Translations under genes and position numbers: made by a program
Assembly: GCA_964035545.1 (NCBI GenBank)
Contig: OZ037767.1
Coordinates: 321,680-385,679, forward strand
Source of the DNA: Bugula neritina
Taxonomy: Eukaryota; Animalia; Bryozoa
Length of the DNA stretch: 64,000 nucleotides
Direction: 5' to 3'
Notes under the pieces: model-generated
The model's input: only the letters and a program-made list of their open reading frames with translations
What the model was told of the DNA's origin: nothing
The model's database searches: none
Shown here: one piece after another, positions 1 to 13,900 of the stretch
Layout of the letters: every line of letters begins with the position of its first letter
How positions within the stretch are numbered: the first letter of the stretch is position 1

Positions 1-19
1 TATATATATATATATATAA

Positions 20-98
<79 letters not shown>

Positions 99-118
99 CT
101 ATATATTTATATATATAT
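1..118. repeat. (TA)n microsatellite
   Basis: Near-pure TA run at the window start. Confidence 0.95.
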
Positions 119-761
119 ACATGCCAAATATTTACTACAAAATTCAAAAATAGCATAAATTAAGTAGTATTACCGTGCCTATTTGCATCCAATTAACTAG
201 TCGTACATTTATAGCAACTGTAACGTATTTTGTGTATAATGGTTATTGCAAGCATTATTCAATTCATATTCACATTGTAATCACAGCGAAGCTTTAACTT
301 TATAGCTTTGTATTTATGTGCATGATTGAGTTTTAATTTTTCTTTTAATTTTATGTGCATTAAAAATGTGTTTAAAAACTTTACCAATAAAAAAAATTAA
401 AAAAAATGTACACATAAAATAGAAAAAAAATAAAATAACAAAAGTGGCAAAAATTTTTCTTTATAACTTATATAAACTCGCGGTACCAATCTCGGCATAA
501 TGGCGCCCATATGATTCCGTAAGATTTGCTAATGGCAACACTCTTAAATATACCACACTGATCCTAATATATAATATTATTCATTCCCTAAACGAAAACA
601 TTCCCGTAACTAATATAAATGTAACTGTTAATTTAATGTGACACCTATGTTTCAAATTCAATGATATTTTTATCGTTTAATAGAATAATATGAGTTTGTA
701 GATATATGCTCATTTCAATCAATTAAGCTTCTCTGCATTGAAAACTTAAATTAGAATCAGA

Positions 762-3700
762 ATGCCTGGTAAGTGATGAGTCATAAGACCAACACTAACA
801 GTAACTGAGTAACTCTAAGTATTACTATTAGTAACACAACACTCACACTGTCACACGTGCTGTCAGTGTCACTAGTGACTAGTGCAGTGACTAAGAGTAA
901 GTCTAACAGTAACTGTTATTGTAAGCCAAAGTCAAAGTATAAGACTAACTCTAAGTGTAACTAAGTTTATTTTGCCAATTTCAAAAACTACTACGAGTTC
1001 ATAATTTTCTCTAAAACTCATCACCATGACCATGATTTATGACCATTAGATGATCATGATGATCTAATGGTAAATTGAACTTGGCCATGGAGCTGAGCTT
1101 TCTTGTGTCAAACTTATTGTCAATGTGATTCTGAGGCTGAAAGTGAAAGTAAATTACTACTAATATTCGTATAAGTATAACAACCACAATTATATTAATG
1201 ATACTGATTGTGATTTACAGTTGGCAATGTGAATGTCTAAGAGTAAGAGTGAAAAAATACATTAACTTTAAATTAAAAAAAGATTAGTCAGTATGAGCAT
1301 TATCATTATGATAATGATAACTGTAAACTCAAACTCAAAGAGTATCAATTCTACTTAGGCGCCTATTCACACTCGTTGGTTGACTATTTTTTGTAAGCAT
1401 CCATTGTAACTTATACTTATAGAAGAATTCAGCTGTTTTACATCAACTCATTATGATTATTAATATAAGTATATTTACTAACTATTACTATAGCGGTAGT
1501 AGTAGTAATATTAGTACTTTAAGTTCAACAGAGATTAGTTTTTAAGTTTCTAGCTGGCCTTGGAAGGATTCTAATGCAATACTAATACACAGCTGTTTGA
1601 TGTAAATGATTGTAAATGACTATACGAAAGTTGGTCTTGGGTTTACTTAATGATTATTTCCTTTAAATGTTATATTCACTTACTATCCAATAACTGTTTT
1701 GTGTATCATCAGCTATTAGTGTTGAGAGAGTCACATAATTTCTCTATCTCACAAAGCTTTCATTTCATTATTGTTGACATTTACAGTTTTATGTATCGTT
1801 TTATTTTAGGCTACAAAAAAGGTAAGCCTCGGAGATATGGATCCAACACTCAAAGTTCTGCGGGTGCGGAGTTGTGTGACCGAGATAGTCCTGTTAGCAA
1901 GGCGTTCATGGAGTATAAAGAGTTGCTGGACAATAAACACGATAAGCATGAGAACTTGGTGAAGATAAGTAGAGATGTGACCATTGAATCTAAGAGGATC
2001 ATCTTCCAGCTACACAGAGCTGTTGGGTATGTTAAACTCAAGTTCTGCTCAGATTGTCTAGTGAAAGTTATTTGGTTCTAGAGATAATCTGGAAACCTGC
2101 ACTTTATACTGAACCAGGAGAATGTATTGTGAATAGATGTATCATTCATGTAGTGTAATATACTGTTATTATATAATAATACTGAGTTATACTTACATCT
2201 ACTGAGTAATACTTACATCTACTGAGTTATACTTACATATACTGAGTTATACTTATATGTACAGAGTAATACTTACATGTACTGAGTTATACTTACATAT
2301 ACTGAGTAATACTTACATCTACTCAGTAATACTTACATCTACTGAGTTATACTTACATCTACTCAGTAATACTTACATATACTCAGTAATACTTACATGT
2401 ACTGAGTAATACTTACATCTATTGAGTAATACTTACATCTACTGAGTTATACTTACATGTACTGAGTTATACTTGGTAGAGGAGACAGGGTGAAAATATT
2501 TCAAGAGGCTGAGGAGATGATCTCTAAGTGTATAAACACTCAGTTGCTGAAGATGGCGCGAGAACTAGTAAATGTAGACTGGTATAAGCACACTCGGGCC
2601 ATAACCGCAGGTGACTGTGAATATATTATATGAGATAGAGTGATTCATGTTTATTATTTCATAACTTATGATGCTTTCACCAGTGATGTCTAATAGTAAT
2701 ACTAATACTAATAGTAATACTAATAGTAGTGATGTCACTACTAGTAGCAGTGACATCACTACTAATATTAGTGATGTCACTACTAGTAGCAGTAACATCA
2801 CTACTAGTAGCAGTGACATCACTACTAATAGTAGTGATGTCACTACTACTGGTAGTAATGTCATTGTTACTAGTAGTGATGTCACTGCTACTAGTAATGA
2901 TGTCACTACTACTCATGACAGGTCTACAAGAGTTTGTGGAGGCGTACACCTTCTACTACTACCTGAAACATCAGACTCTCCCTAACAGAGAACAAGTACA
3001 GAGTCAGCTTACCTTCTCATCAGCCAATCACGTGAGACTATCTATTAACTGCTATTCTACTTTATAAGTTGTATCATATCTTGAATATTAGTGTTGATAT
3101 AAAGGATAGCCAAACTTAGTTACTGTAGTAGTTTTTTGGAGTTGTCTTCTTGAAAATCAGTTGAGTAAAGTGGACAGTGTTGAGTAAAGTGGACAGTGAT
3201 GAGTTTGTAGCTGTTTCACTAACTCCAATCTTTGACCAGTGATTTAAGATAGAATGAAAAATTCTTAAAACACGTATCAGCTGGTTATTCAGTTGTTATC
3301 TGTTTCTGTTTAAAGCTTTTAGACTTTCACTGTGCTGTTTACATACCCTACTGTTGGTAGGTTCAACTACTGTACATACCCTACTGTTGGTAGGTTCAAC
3401 TACTGTACATACCCTACTGTTGGTAGGTTCAACTACTGTACATACCCTACTGTTGGTAGGTTCAACTACTGTACATACCCTACTGTTGGTAGGTTCAACT
3501 ACTGTACATACCCTACTGTTGGTAGGTTCAACTACTGTACATACCCTACTGTTTATAAACACATGTTTTTATAGACAGAAAAGTTGGCTACTTGCAGCAG
3601 ACATGCAGACGAAACTGACAGCAGACCAGACGGTTGTGGCAGCAGTATTGTTGAGTCAGCAGAGCTTTCAGTACCTCTGTCTCAGTCCGACTTTATACTC

Positions 3701-6284
3701 GGCATCGCTGATCTTACAGGTACTACCTTACTACCTTACAGTATTGGTAATATACTCTAGTGATATACTCTAGTAATATACTCTAGTGATATACTCTAGT
3801 GATATACTCTAGTAATATACTCTAGTAATATACTCTAGTAATATACTCTAGTAATATACTCTAGTAGTATACTCTAGTAATATACTCTAGTGATATACTC
3901 TAGTAATATACTCTAGTGATATACTCTAGTAATATACTCTAGTAATATACTCTAGTAATATACTCTAGTAATATACTCTAGTAATATACTCTAGTGATAT
4001 ACTCTAGTAATGTACTCTAGTAATATACTCTAGTAATATACTCTAGTGATATACTCTAGTAGTATACTCTAGTAATATACTCTAGTAATATACTCTAGTG
4101 ATATACTCTAGTAATATACTCTAGTAATATACTCTAGTAATATACTCTAGTAATATACTCTAGTAATATACTCTAGTGATATACTCTAGTAATATACTCT
4201 AGTAATATACTCTAGTGATATACTCTAGTAATATACTCTAGTAATATACTCTAGTAATATACTCTAGTAATATACTCTAGTAATATACTCTAGTGATATA
4301 CTCTAGTAATATACTCTAGTGATATACTCTAGTGATATACTCTAGTAATATACTCTAGTAATATACTCTAGTGATATACTCTAGTAGTATACTCTAGTAA
4401 TATACTCTAGTAATATACTCTAGTGATATACTCTAGTAATATACTCTAGTAATATACTCTAGTAATATACTCTAGTAATATACTCTAGTAATATACTCTA
4501 GTGATATACTCTAGTGATATACTCTAGTAATATACTCTAGTAATATACTCTAGTGATATACTCTAGTAATATACTCTAGTAATATACTCTAGTAATATAC
4601 TCTAGTAATATACTCTAGTAATATACTCTAGTAATATACTCTAGTGATATACTCTAGTAATATACTCTAGTGATATACTCTAGTAATATACTCTAGTGAT
4701 ATACTCTAGTAATATACTCTAGTGATATACTCTAGTAATATACTCTAGTAATATACTCTAGTAATATACTCTAGTAATATACTCTAGTAATATACTCTAG
4801 TAATATACTCTGTAATGTATATACGGTATATATATATGCTACAAAGGGGAACTGATGAGGATGTGTATCAACAGCATAGGGTGGGGAGATCTACTCGTTC
4901 CCTCCCAACTCTGTGAAATCCTACAAGACCTTCAGCTAGCCTATAAAACCTACTGTTCTACAGCTGGTGGCGAGATGGGCCGAAAAATGCAGACCCTCAA
5001 ACAAAGTGTATCTAAGGTTAGAGCTCAGTCTAGCAGTGAATTTCAGTTCAATGTTTCTAGTTGACTTGACTCGGAGAAAGAGTTTTCCTTAGATTTTGTA
5101 AGAGGTGATAAAATGATTTTTGAGACTGAACATTAATATTCAGTGAATGCAGACAAAAGTCTCTGCATGTTTTCCTGTGCTCACAATGAGATGATTTCTT
5201 GAAAAACACATCTGTCTACGTTATCACCTTCTTTAGACACCATGTGACTTATTAAACAGTTATTGATCATTGGCTACGCAGCTACACAGTCATCTATTCA
5301 CATTGACAAGCACATTTCTTTTTCTATTACTATTAGACTACTACTATTTCTATTACTATTAGACTACTACTATTTCCATTAATATTAGACTACTACTATT
5401 TCCATTAATATTAGACTACTACTATTTCTATTACTATTAGACTACTACTATTTCTATTACTATTAGACTACTACTATTTCTATTACTATTAGACTACTAC
5501 TATTTCTATTACTATTAGACTACTACTATTTCTATTACTATTAGACTACTACTATTTCTATTACTATTAGACTACTACTATTTCTATTACTATTAGACTA
5601 CTACTATTTCTATTACTATTAGGCTACTACTATTTCTATTACTATTAGACTACTACTATTTCTATTACTATTAGGCTACTACTATTTCTATTGCTACTGT
5701 TTCTAAATTATTACTACATTTTTTACTATTACTACCAGTTCTTATTTGGCCTCTTTGCATCAGAACTTCTTTAAGTTGGCCTCTTTGCATCAGAACTTCC
5801 TTAAGTTGGCCTCTTTGCATCAAATGAAAGACAAATCATCACACTTACTTCCTCTTTTGTAATTTTACTAACTTCTAACTAAATCAGTTTGATAAGTGAA
5901 TAATCCTTTTTATTTTAAGCACTACTTCTCCATTTCATTATAAGTTTTACTGTTTTCCTCTTCTTATCAGATATTCACTGTTTAGTTGACCTACTTAACT
6001 CTTAGCATTGTAATATTTCATACCTTCAAGGATAAAACCACCATGTTGTAGTGTTTAATATATTATATTATATTTCATTGTATTATTTAATATATTATAT
6101 TATCATATTATATTTTATTGTATTAGTATATAATAAATTTAATTATTCTATTGCGTAGGTGGAGAATGCCTGCTACACCGTGAAAGTGAGGGGCAGTGAA
6201 ATACCTAAACATATGTTGGTCGACAGCGTGCACACTGAGAGCAAACTTGCTGCTGATTTTGACTCAAACTCTGATTGGCTATAG
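762..6284 (+). CDS. TSNAX: Translin-associated factor X (TRAX, C3PO subunit), 7 coding exons, ~301 aa
   Basis: Exons 762-768, 1810-2026, 2480-2610, 2922-3031, 3575-3719, 4847-5016, 6159-6284. All introns are GT-AG and frame-consistent (906 nt). TRAX motifs: [71 protein letters not shown]. The 7-nt first exon (ATGCCTG|gtaagt) is inferred from phase. Confidence 0.93.
2181..2473. repeat. 20-bp minisatellite (ACTGAGTWATACTTACATCT), TSNAX intron 2
   Basis: ~14 tandem copies ending just before the acceptor at 2479. Confidence 0.9.
2728..2912. repeat. Degenerate 21-bp minisatellite (AGTGATGTCACTACTAGTAGC), TSNAX intron 3
   Basis: ~9 copies abutting the acceptor at 2921; explains the overlapping ORFs at 2565-3067. 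Confidence 0.85.
3340..3551. repeat. 33-bp minisatellite, TSNAX intron 4
   Basis: TACATACCCTACTGTTGGTAGGTTCAACTACTG, ~6 identical copies. Confidence 0.92.
3748..4811. repeat. 13-bp minisatellite (GTRATATACTCTA), TSNAX intron 5
   Basis: ~80 copies filling almost the whole intron. Confidence 0.95.
5322..5697. repeat. 26-bp minisatellite, TSNAX intron 6
   Basis: TTTCTATTACTATTAGACTACTACTA, ~14 copies. Confidence 0.9.
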
Positions 6285-7993
6285 AGTTAAGACACTCACT
6301 CTGATTGGCCAAGACACTCACTCCGGTTGACTGTAAAAATACAGACACTCACTGCGATTGGCTGTAGAGTTACAGACACTCACTCTGATTGGTTGTAGGC
6401 TAGCAGACATCTGTACCCTAATAGGAATGTATTTATTATATAACAATGAGTTCTGTGCCACCAGCATACACAGCATACACGGCTCACTACTCTCCTAACT
6501 TATGTCCTATTACAAAGTTTATGTTTTGGTATCTTCTATGTATGAACATCATTAGAACTTGTAAATATTTACACATTGTATTTTATATTAAGAGTTATGT
6601 TCTCTATTATTTTCTTTCAACTGGGTGAGAAATATACATGAGAATTGTACAGCCAATAAAAGTTGAGTTTATGTGACTAACATTCTCTCTAATAACTTAT
6701 GGAGAATGACACAAACACTCAACTCTCTACAGTACTGTCCATATTATTCTTGTTGCTATGGTAACGGGTATTCAATAGTGTTTTCTATGTTTAGCTAAAA
6801 TAGTCATTGCTTTAAGTTGGTAACATTTGTAGACATCAAAATATATCATGACTGAATCACATTATTCACGGCACACTAAGCACATGATTACAATCTGTCA
6901 ACATAGCTTATTCGTAGACTAATAGTGACTGAGTGATTATCTGTAAAATATTTCTCTTCAAGTGTTAATCGTTTGTGTAGAACTTATTGTTTAATCCTGA
7001 TGAGTCAACTCTTCTTATAATCTCCTGTACATAGCCTGGTATTCCATTCTAAACAATAGATTACAAGATCAGCCTATTTCACCAAATACTCCCACTGTCA
7101 GCCATCACTCCTACTAGATTCTACCTCACCTAGTAGTCTGGGTTTTAGTGACTGATAACTCGGACTATTTCACCAAGCTATTGCTAAACACTGGTGGCAT
7201 TTCTGCGGTTGGCTGCAATTAATTTCAATATGCTCAAATTTCATGATAGCGTTAGTTGTGATGTCATTAGAACTTCTTGTGATGTAATGAATTGTTTTCA
7301 TCTCCAACAAATAGGACAGTTTCAGATTCTCAAGTATTTCTTTACCTCCACAACCTCTACTTAATGTAGCTGAATAACTAGAGCAGAGTAGACAGTTATA
7401 CACTGTAGACTGTGTGAGAGTACATCCTGGTGTGCATCTATAATGTCCTTTCTCTTGTATTAAGGACAAAGTAATTACATGTTCCGTGACTCCATCTTGT
7501 TTAGCCTGATTCATAATGACTAATACACATTAATGCTACTACTATATTTATTATTATTAGTATAATTAATAACAAGAATATTCATCCAATCAAATCTTTT
7601 ATTTTGTAAATAGCGTACATCAATAAAATGTAGTAAAAGTATTGCAAAATACAGAAGTAATACATATATGTACAATTTTTACAAAAACAAATTATAAAAA
7701 ATATCAATTTGAAATACTTAATATGACAATATACAGAAATAAATAGCCCAATTCTGTTGTTTTAAATTTGTGTATTATATCACATTTGGTTTGAAAACAT
7801 GCTACAACAATAAAAAAAATATTCATGATTCAATGCTCAAAAGCCACATAATTATTTGGCACTCAATTTTGATAAAACTCTTTAATAAAGTTTGCCTTAG
7901 CGCCTTCTGTTCTATGCACTAGTACCTCTACACTAGATATACACTAGTTCTAGTAGGCAGGTATACACTAGTTCTAGTAGGCAGGTATATACA

Positions 7994-10900
7994 CTAGTAA
8001 GTTGATATGTCACTTTCCTCCTCAATGCGAAGGTGGTGAGTCTCGTCATAGTCCTGTTCCTCGACATTCTCGGCTTTCAAGAAAGTCGGACTCGATAGTT
8101 TAGACTGATTGCTTAGGAAGGAAGAAGCAGCAGAAAGCAAAGCGGAACCAGAGTTAGCCGAGCCTACAGAGTTGAGAGGTATATCTGGCAGAGCTCTGTT
8201 GTTCATAGAAGAACTGGAACCCCTTGGAGCCCTAGATTAAACATTTGCATGCCTTAACAGAAAGTAAGCAGAGATGTTGGATATTGTAAACTGTGAGGGT
8301 GGTGTAAAAGTCTGTGAAGGTATAGAGCAGAAGCTAGCTTTGCATGAGATTATGCATTATGCCCAAAAACCCTACTAGTTGGTGTAGGTGCAATAGGGCT
8401 ATAAGATACAAGCGTGGAAGAATAGCAAGATTGGAAACAAGTCAATTTGACCCAGAACAAGCGCTCCAACTGGTTTTGCTTTGTGGTGAAAGTCACTGCC
8501 TCATTTTGAATGGAGCCAAAATCTGTTCGTACCTGTGTATTCTGTTAACAGTGAGCATTGGTGATCGGCTGGTTTTCTTCACTACACCAGCTTTACCTTT
8601 ACTTCTATACGGAGCTGTGTTATATGCTCTCGTGTTTCTAGCTAAGGAGCTGGCGCCTGTACTCTTTCTCTTTTCACTCGCCTTCCGTTGCAGCACCACT
8701 TGAACTTGCTAGAAATAAGGAACCCGAGTGTCATGATAATTGATTTACATTCAAAAGTAAGAGGTCAGCCATGTTTTCTTCTCTTTCACTTGACTAGTTG
8801 GACTAATTAGCTGTAGCAGTCACTGAGCAGGAGACCACTGAATCAACTAGCTGAGACAATCACTTGTTGACTAAGAAACAGGTACTCACAGGTGGCACGA
8901 GATCTGAGTCACATCTCAGCAGTTCATCCAGCAAGTCATGTGACTTTAATCTTTGAACTGCTCCTCCACTCCTGTGTCTACGTCTCTGTTGTGGTGGACT
9001 TGTGTTTTCACTGGGTCTCCTTCCTCCTGCCTGATGACTGGCGTAGCTGTAGACTGACATAGTCGTTGGTGACCCGTCTCCAGACCTATCACTTCCAAAC
9101 TTTCTCCTGTTTCAGTAAGGTCAACAGTTAAAGGGAACTATCATCTACTTATCCTTGAAGTGTTACAGTAATAGTGTTTACTTTCTCATCAAGTGTGGTT
9201 GTTAATTTAGGCTTGCTTCTAATTGAAATATTTCAACTCAAGTATCTCAAAATAACTCACTGAGATTGTGGTGTGTACCGCACACTCTGTTCTTCAAGGT
9301 CAATGGAATTAGCTTCTTTGAACTTTTTCCTCCCAGCAAATGGGCTCTTGTTAGCCGCCCCGCCATACATGCTGCTGATTCCACTAGCCGTGCTTAAAGT
9401 ATCTAGCGATTTTGTTGTAGAGAACTTAGGTCTCTGTAATGTGCCATTCATTCCAATTCTCGGACTATAAGCTTTGCGACCATCTACTGAATCCAGAGTG
9501 TCTGTACTTTTCCTGACTCTGTAACATGCCAACTCTGGGTTATCTATAAATTTTGCAAGTATTTCCTAACTGTTGGTACACTTGTTATTATAACCTTGCC
9601 TCACTCCGCCACATACTTTAAGTTAAAGACCATTTTAACATCATACCCTTAGAGTGACGTTGCTTTCAGTTACAAGAGTCACTTACTGCGTGGGTATTGG
9701 AGTTGCTGCAAGCTCCTCATCTCTCTTTCGGTGATCGGCCAGCCATTTGTCATAAGATCTGTATCGGCGTGAGAACAGAATGATGGCTATTGCCAAGAAT
9801 ATAAACATCAGGATATATCCCAAGGCTATGACAACCTGCAAACAAACATTGTTTGCTAAAAACTTTGCCGAATGATGTTTTGGTCACTGTGGCAAAGAAT
9901 AGCTGAGTTAAGACAAACTAGCGCTGTATAAAGACAATAAGTATACATATGTATTGATATCCAAAGCATGAGTAGCACTTACCATCTCAGAGTTGTGTAA
10001 GCTTTGAAAGGGCTGACGAGCTGGACATTGCTGACTTAGGTTGTTATCTCCTCCGGGTGCAGCAGTAGTTCCTCCTCCACCTAATTAACATATCATCATC
10101 TATATAGTGTATAGGGGTACCTTTGAGTATATATCGTGTCTCTGCTAAGAGCACCATTAAAAATCATGTTTTATAATAAATTATTTCATAGACTTGTAGG
10201 CGTTGACACCCTCAGTTTTGGCAAACAGTACAATAAATTCATTATCAATTATTCATTACAAAATTTTTCAACCGTATAAAATATTTTTATTCATTAAATA
10301 GTTAATGGAATCATTATAAGTAGACTATAGTAGCAAATGATGAGTCTTACCTGGTATAATAGGAATGATAGCACAGGCTTCTTCCTTCGTACCGCAGACC
10401 TGCGTTGCTGGATAAGAACTCAGGGCATTCACTTCGTCACACGTTGGATTATCACAACACTCAGCATTGTTGAAAATTATCTAAACAATACATAGTCAAT
10501 TTATAGCTTGCTCTATCTTTACCATATTCATTTCTATTTACCATCATTTCAAATTCAAAAGTCAAGGGTTGGAAAATATTGAAAAAAATAGATTATTATT
10601 TTATATACATGTATGCAATCTATTAACTTATAATGTATGCTATTGTATGCTCTAGCATGGCATACATATCATCCAGTACATTTATTGACAATACTCTTGA
10701 ATGAAAATAGAATTGTTACAAAGCAATGAAAGTTACAACTGTGTGATATACAAGTACCTGTGGGTCTGCCTTGAAGAGGTCAATGAAGGTTTGATATCTA
10801 CAGCTCTTTTCTGTGCTAGACAGAATGTCTCTTGCGCACACAATCTTTAGTGTAGAAGGTAGGGCAGTGAATGTGTCACAAGCACTTAGCTGACTAAACC

Positions 10901-13900
10901 TATAATTCAAGGAATCATATCAGCTACGTAATAATGCCCCCCCCCCCCCCAATCAAGATAGCTGATCTCCATATTTATGTAATAATTGTATTTATGTATG
11001 AAATAACTAACATTCTTTCTGTGTGATTACACCTCTTAAGAATTGTGGTGAGAAGCAAGGAACAGGCTCTATATTATGACGTACCTATTTTTGTTGCTAG
11101 CGCCGTCTATACGAAGCTCACGCAATCTCGGGGCAGCTACAAAGTTGTCGAGTGTGATTAACTGATTGAGACTCGCGTCTAGTTTCAGCAACTCGTGGAG
11201 GGCAGCCGTCTGCGAACTCATGAACTCTAACTTCTCTAGATTATTATCTTTTACTGAAAGTTCAATAAGCTGATTGGTCCCTTTGAACGTGTCCGCCCCC
11301 AAGGAGCCAATCAGATTGTTGTCCAGATGTAGAATATGGAGACCCGGAAGGTTCTGCAGATGAGTGGTGATCTGTGAAAGAGAAGAATCAGAAATATTTT
11401 TGGAAGGCAAGAATTTCAAAGAATTGACAAAGCTGATGAAATAATCAACAGATTGATTCAATCCAGTAAGAGCATGCAACAAACAGGAGTCATGTTATTA
11501 GTGAAGAATTGACAATGTTGTTCTATCTACCAGGTGAAGGGGTTTATAGAGGGCCATTAACAGAGCAGTAATAAAATAGGTTATCTGCTTGAGTAAATAG
11601 TACATACATTAAGTCACTGTAAACTAATAACGAATAAGCTCAATAATTTAGGTAGCTGTCACATATTGACACTACCCATCAGGTGCTGTAGGTGCTCCAG
11701 CTGCTAGTTTAGGTAGATGTATGCTTACTACAATATGGCAAGAACTAGCATATTCACCACTATGTAAAAGTTTGGCCTGTATTTATCTCAAATTATTCTA
11801 GTCTTTATAATTTTCCCCAACAGTTTAAAAATAGCACAATAGTTTGCCAACATGAGTTGCATAGGAATTGGTTAACTATTTCTTAGTATGACGTACTACT
11901 AGCGCCATGACTAACTATTTCTAGGTATGATGTACTACTAGCACCATTTTACTAACTATTTCTAGGTATGATGTACTACTAGCACCATTTTACTAACTAT
12001 TTCTAGGTATGATGTACTACTAGCACCATATTACTAACTATTCCTTAGTATGATGTACTACTAGCACCATATTACTAACTATTTCTTAGTATGATGTACT
12101 ACTAGCACCATATTACTGACTATTCCTTAGTATGATGTACTACTAGCACCATATTACTAACTATTTCTTAGTATGATGTACTACTAGCACCATATTACTG
12201 ACTATTCCTTAGTATGATGTACTACTAGCACCATATTACTAACTATTTCTTAGTATGATGTACTACTAGCACCATATTACTAACTATTTCCTAGTTTGAG
12301 ATTCTACCAACCTGAGTAACTCCGCAGTTTGATAGCCTCAACTCCATCAAGTTATTAAGTCCAGCGAAAGTGGTTGATTGAATTTGTAGATTTGCGTTTC
12401 CTGATAAATACAGCTTGTGAACATTCTTTACTACTCTGAAATTATAGTAGATATAGTTTATAGCATATTGTATGGTATACAAAACTACTCAGAGCTTATA
12501 GTAGATATAGTGTTACTGTGGTATTGTTATATAACCCCTTGTGTCACACTAGTATTGTTATATAACCCCTTGTGTCACACTAGTATTGTTATATAACCCC
12601 TTGTGTCACACTAGTAAAGTGATGCTGACCGACAGCCACATACTGACCCTGAGCCGAGGTCAGAGATGCTGACGAGCTGGTTATTCTGCAGATCTACCAG
12701 AAGGTTGCTGTTCTCATCCAGAGAGGTTATTCCAGCCGGAGAGAATGATCGGATGAGGTTGTTAGAGAGATCAAATAGGGACAGCTTGCCTCCGCCACTG
12801 CAAGGTGTAACAGTGTAACCATATTATACTCTGTAGTACTTACTAGTAAGTATGTAACTATATAAGCATATTATACACTGTAGTACTTACTAGTAAGTAT
12901 ATAACTATATAAACATATTATACTCTGTAGCACTTACTAGTAAGTATATAACTATATAAACATATTATACTCTGTAGCACTTACTAGTAAGTATATAACT
13001 ATATAAACATATTATACTCTGTAGTACTTACTAGTAAGTATATAACTATATAAACATATTATACTCTGTAATACTTACTAGTAAGTATATAACTATATAA
13101 ACATATTATACTCTGTAGTACTTACTAGTAAATATATAACTATATAAACATATTATACTCTGTAGTACTTACTAGTAAGTATATAACTATATAAACATAT
13201 TATACTCTGTAGTACTTACTAGTAAGTATATAACTATATAAACATATTATACTCTGTAGTACTTACTAGTAAGTATATAACTATATAAACATATTATACT
13301 CTGTAGTACTTACTAGTAAGTATATAACTATATAAACATATTATACTCTGTAGTACTTACTAGTAAGTATATAACTATATAAACATTTTATACTCTGTAG
13401 TACTTACTAGTAAGTATATAACTATATAAACATATTATACTCTGTAGTACTTACTAGTAAGTATATAACTATATAAGCATATTATACTCTGTAGCACTTA
13501 CTAGTAAGTATATAACTATATAAACATATTATACTCTGTAGTACTTACTAGTAAGTATATAACTATATAAACATATTATACTCTGTACTACCTACTAGTA
13601 AGTATATAACTATATAAACATATTATACTCTGTAGTACTTACTAGTAAGTATATAACTATATAAACATATTATACTCTGTAGCACTTACTAGTAAGTATA
13701 TAACTATATAAACATATTATACTCTGTAGTACTTACTAGTAAGTATATAACTATATAAGCATATTATACTCTGTAGCACTTACTAGTAAGTATATAACTA
13801 TATAAACATATTATACTCTGTAGTACTTACTAGTAAGTATATAACTATATAAACATATTATACTCTGTACTACCTACTAGTAAGTATATAACTATATAAA

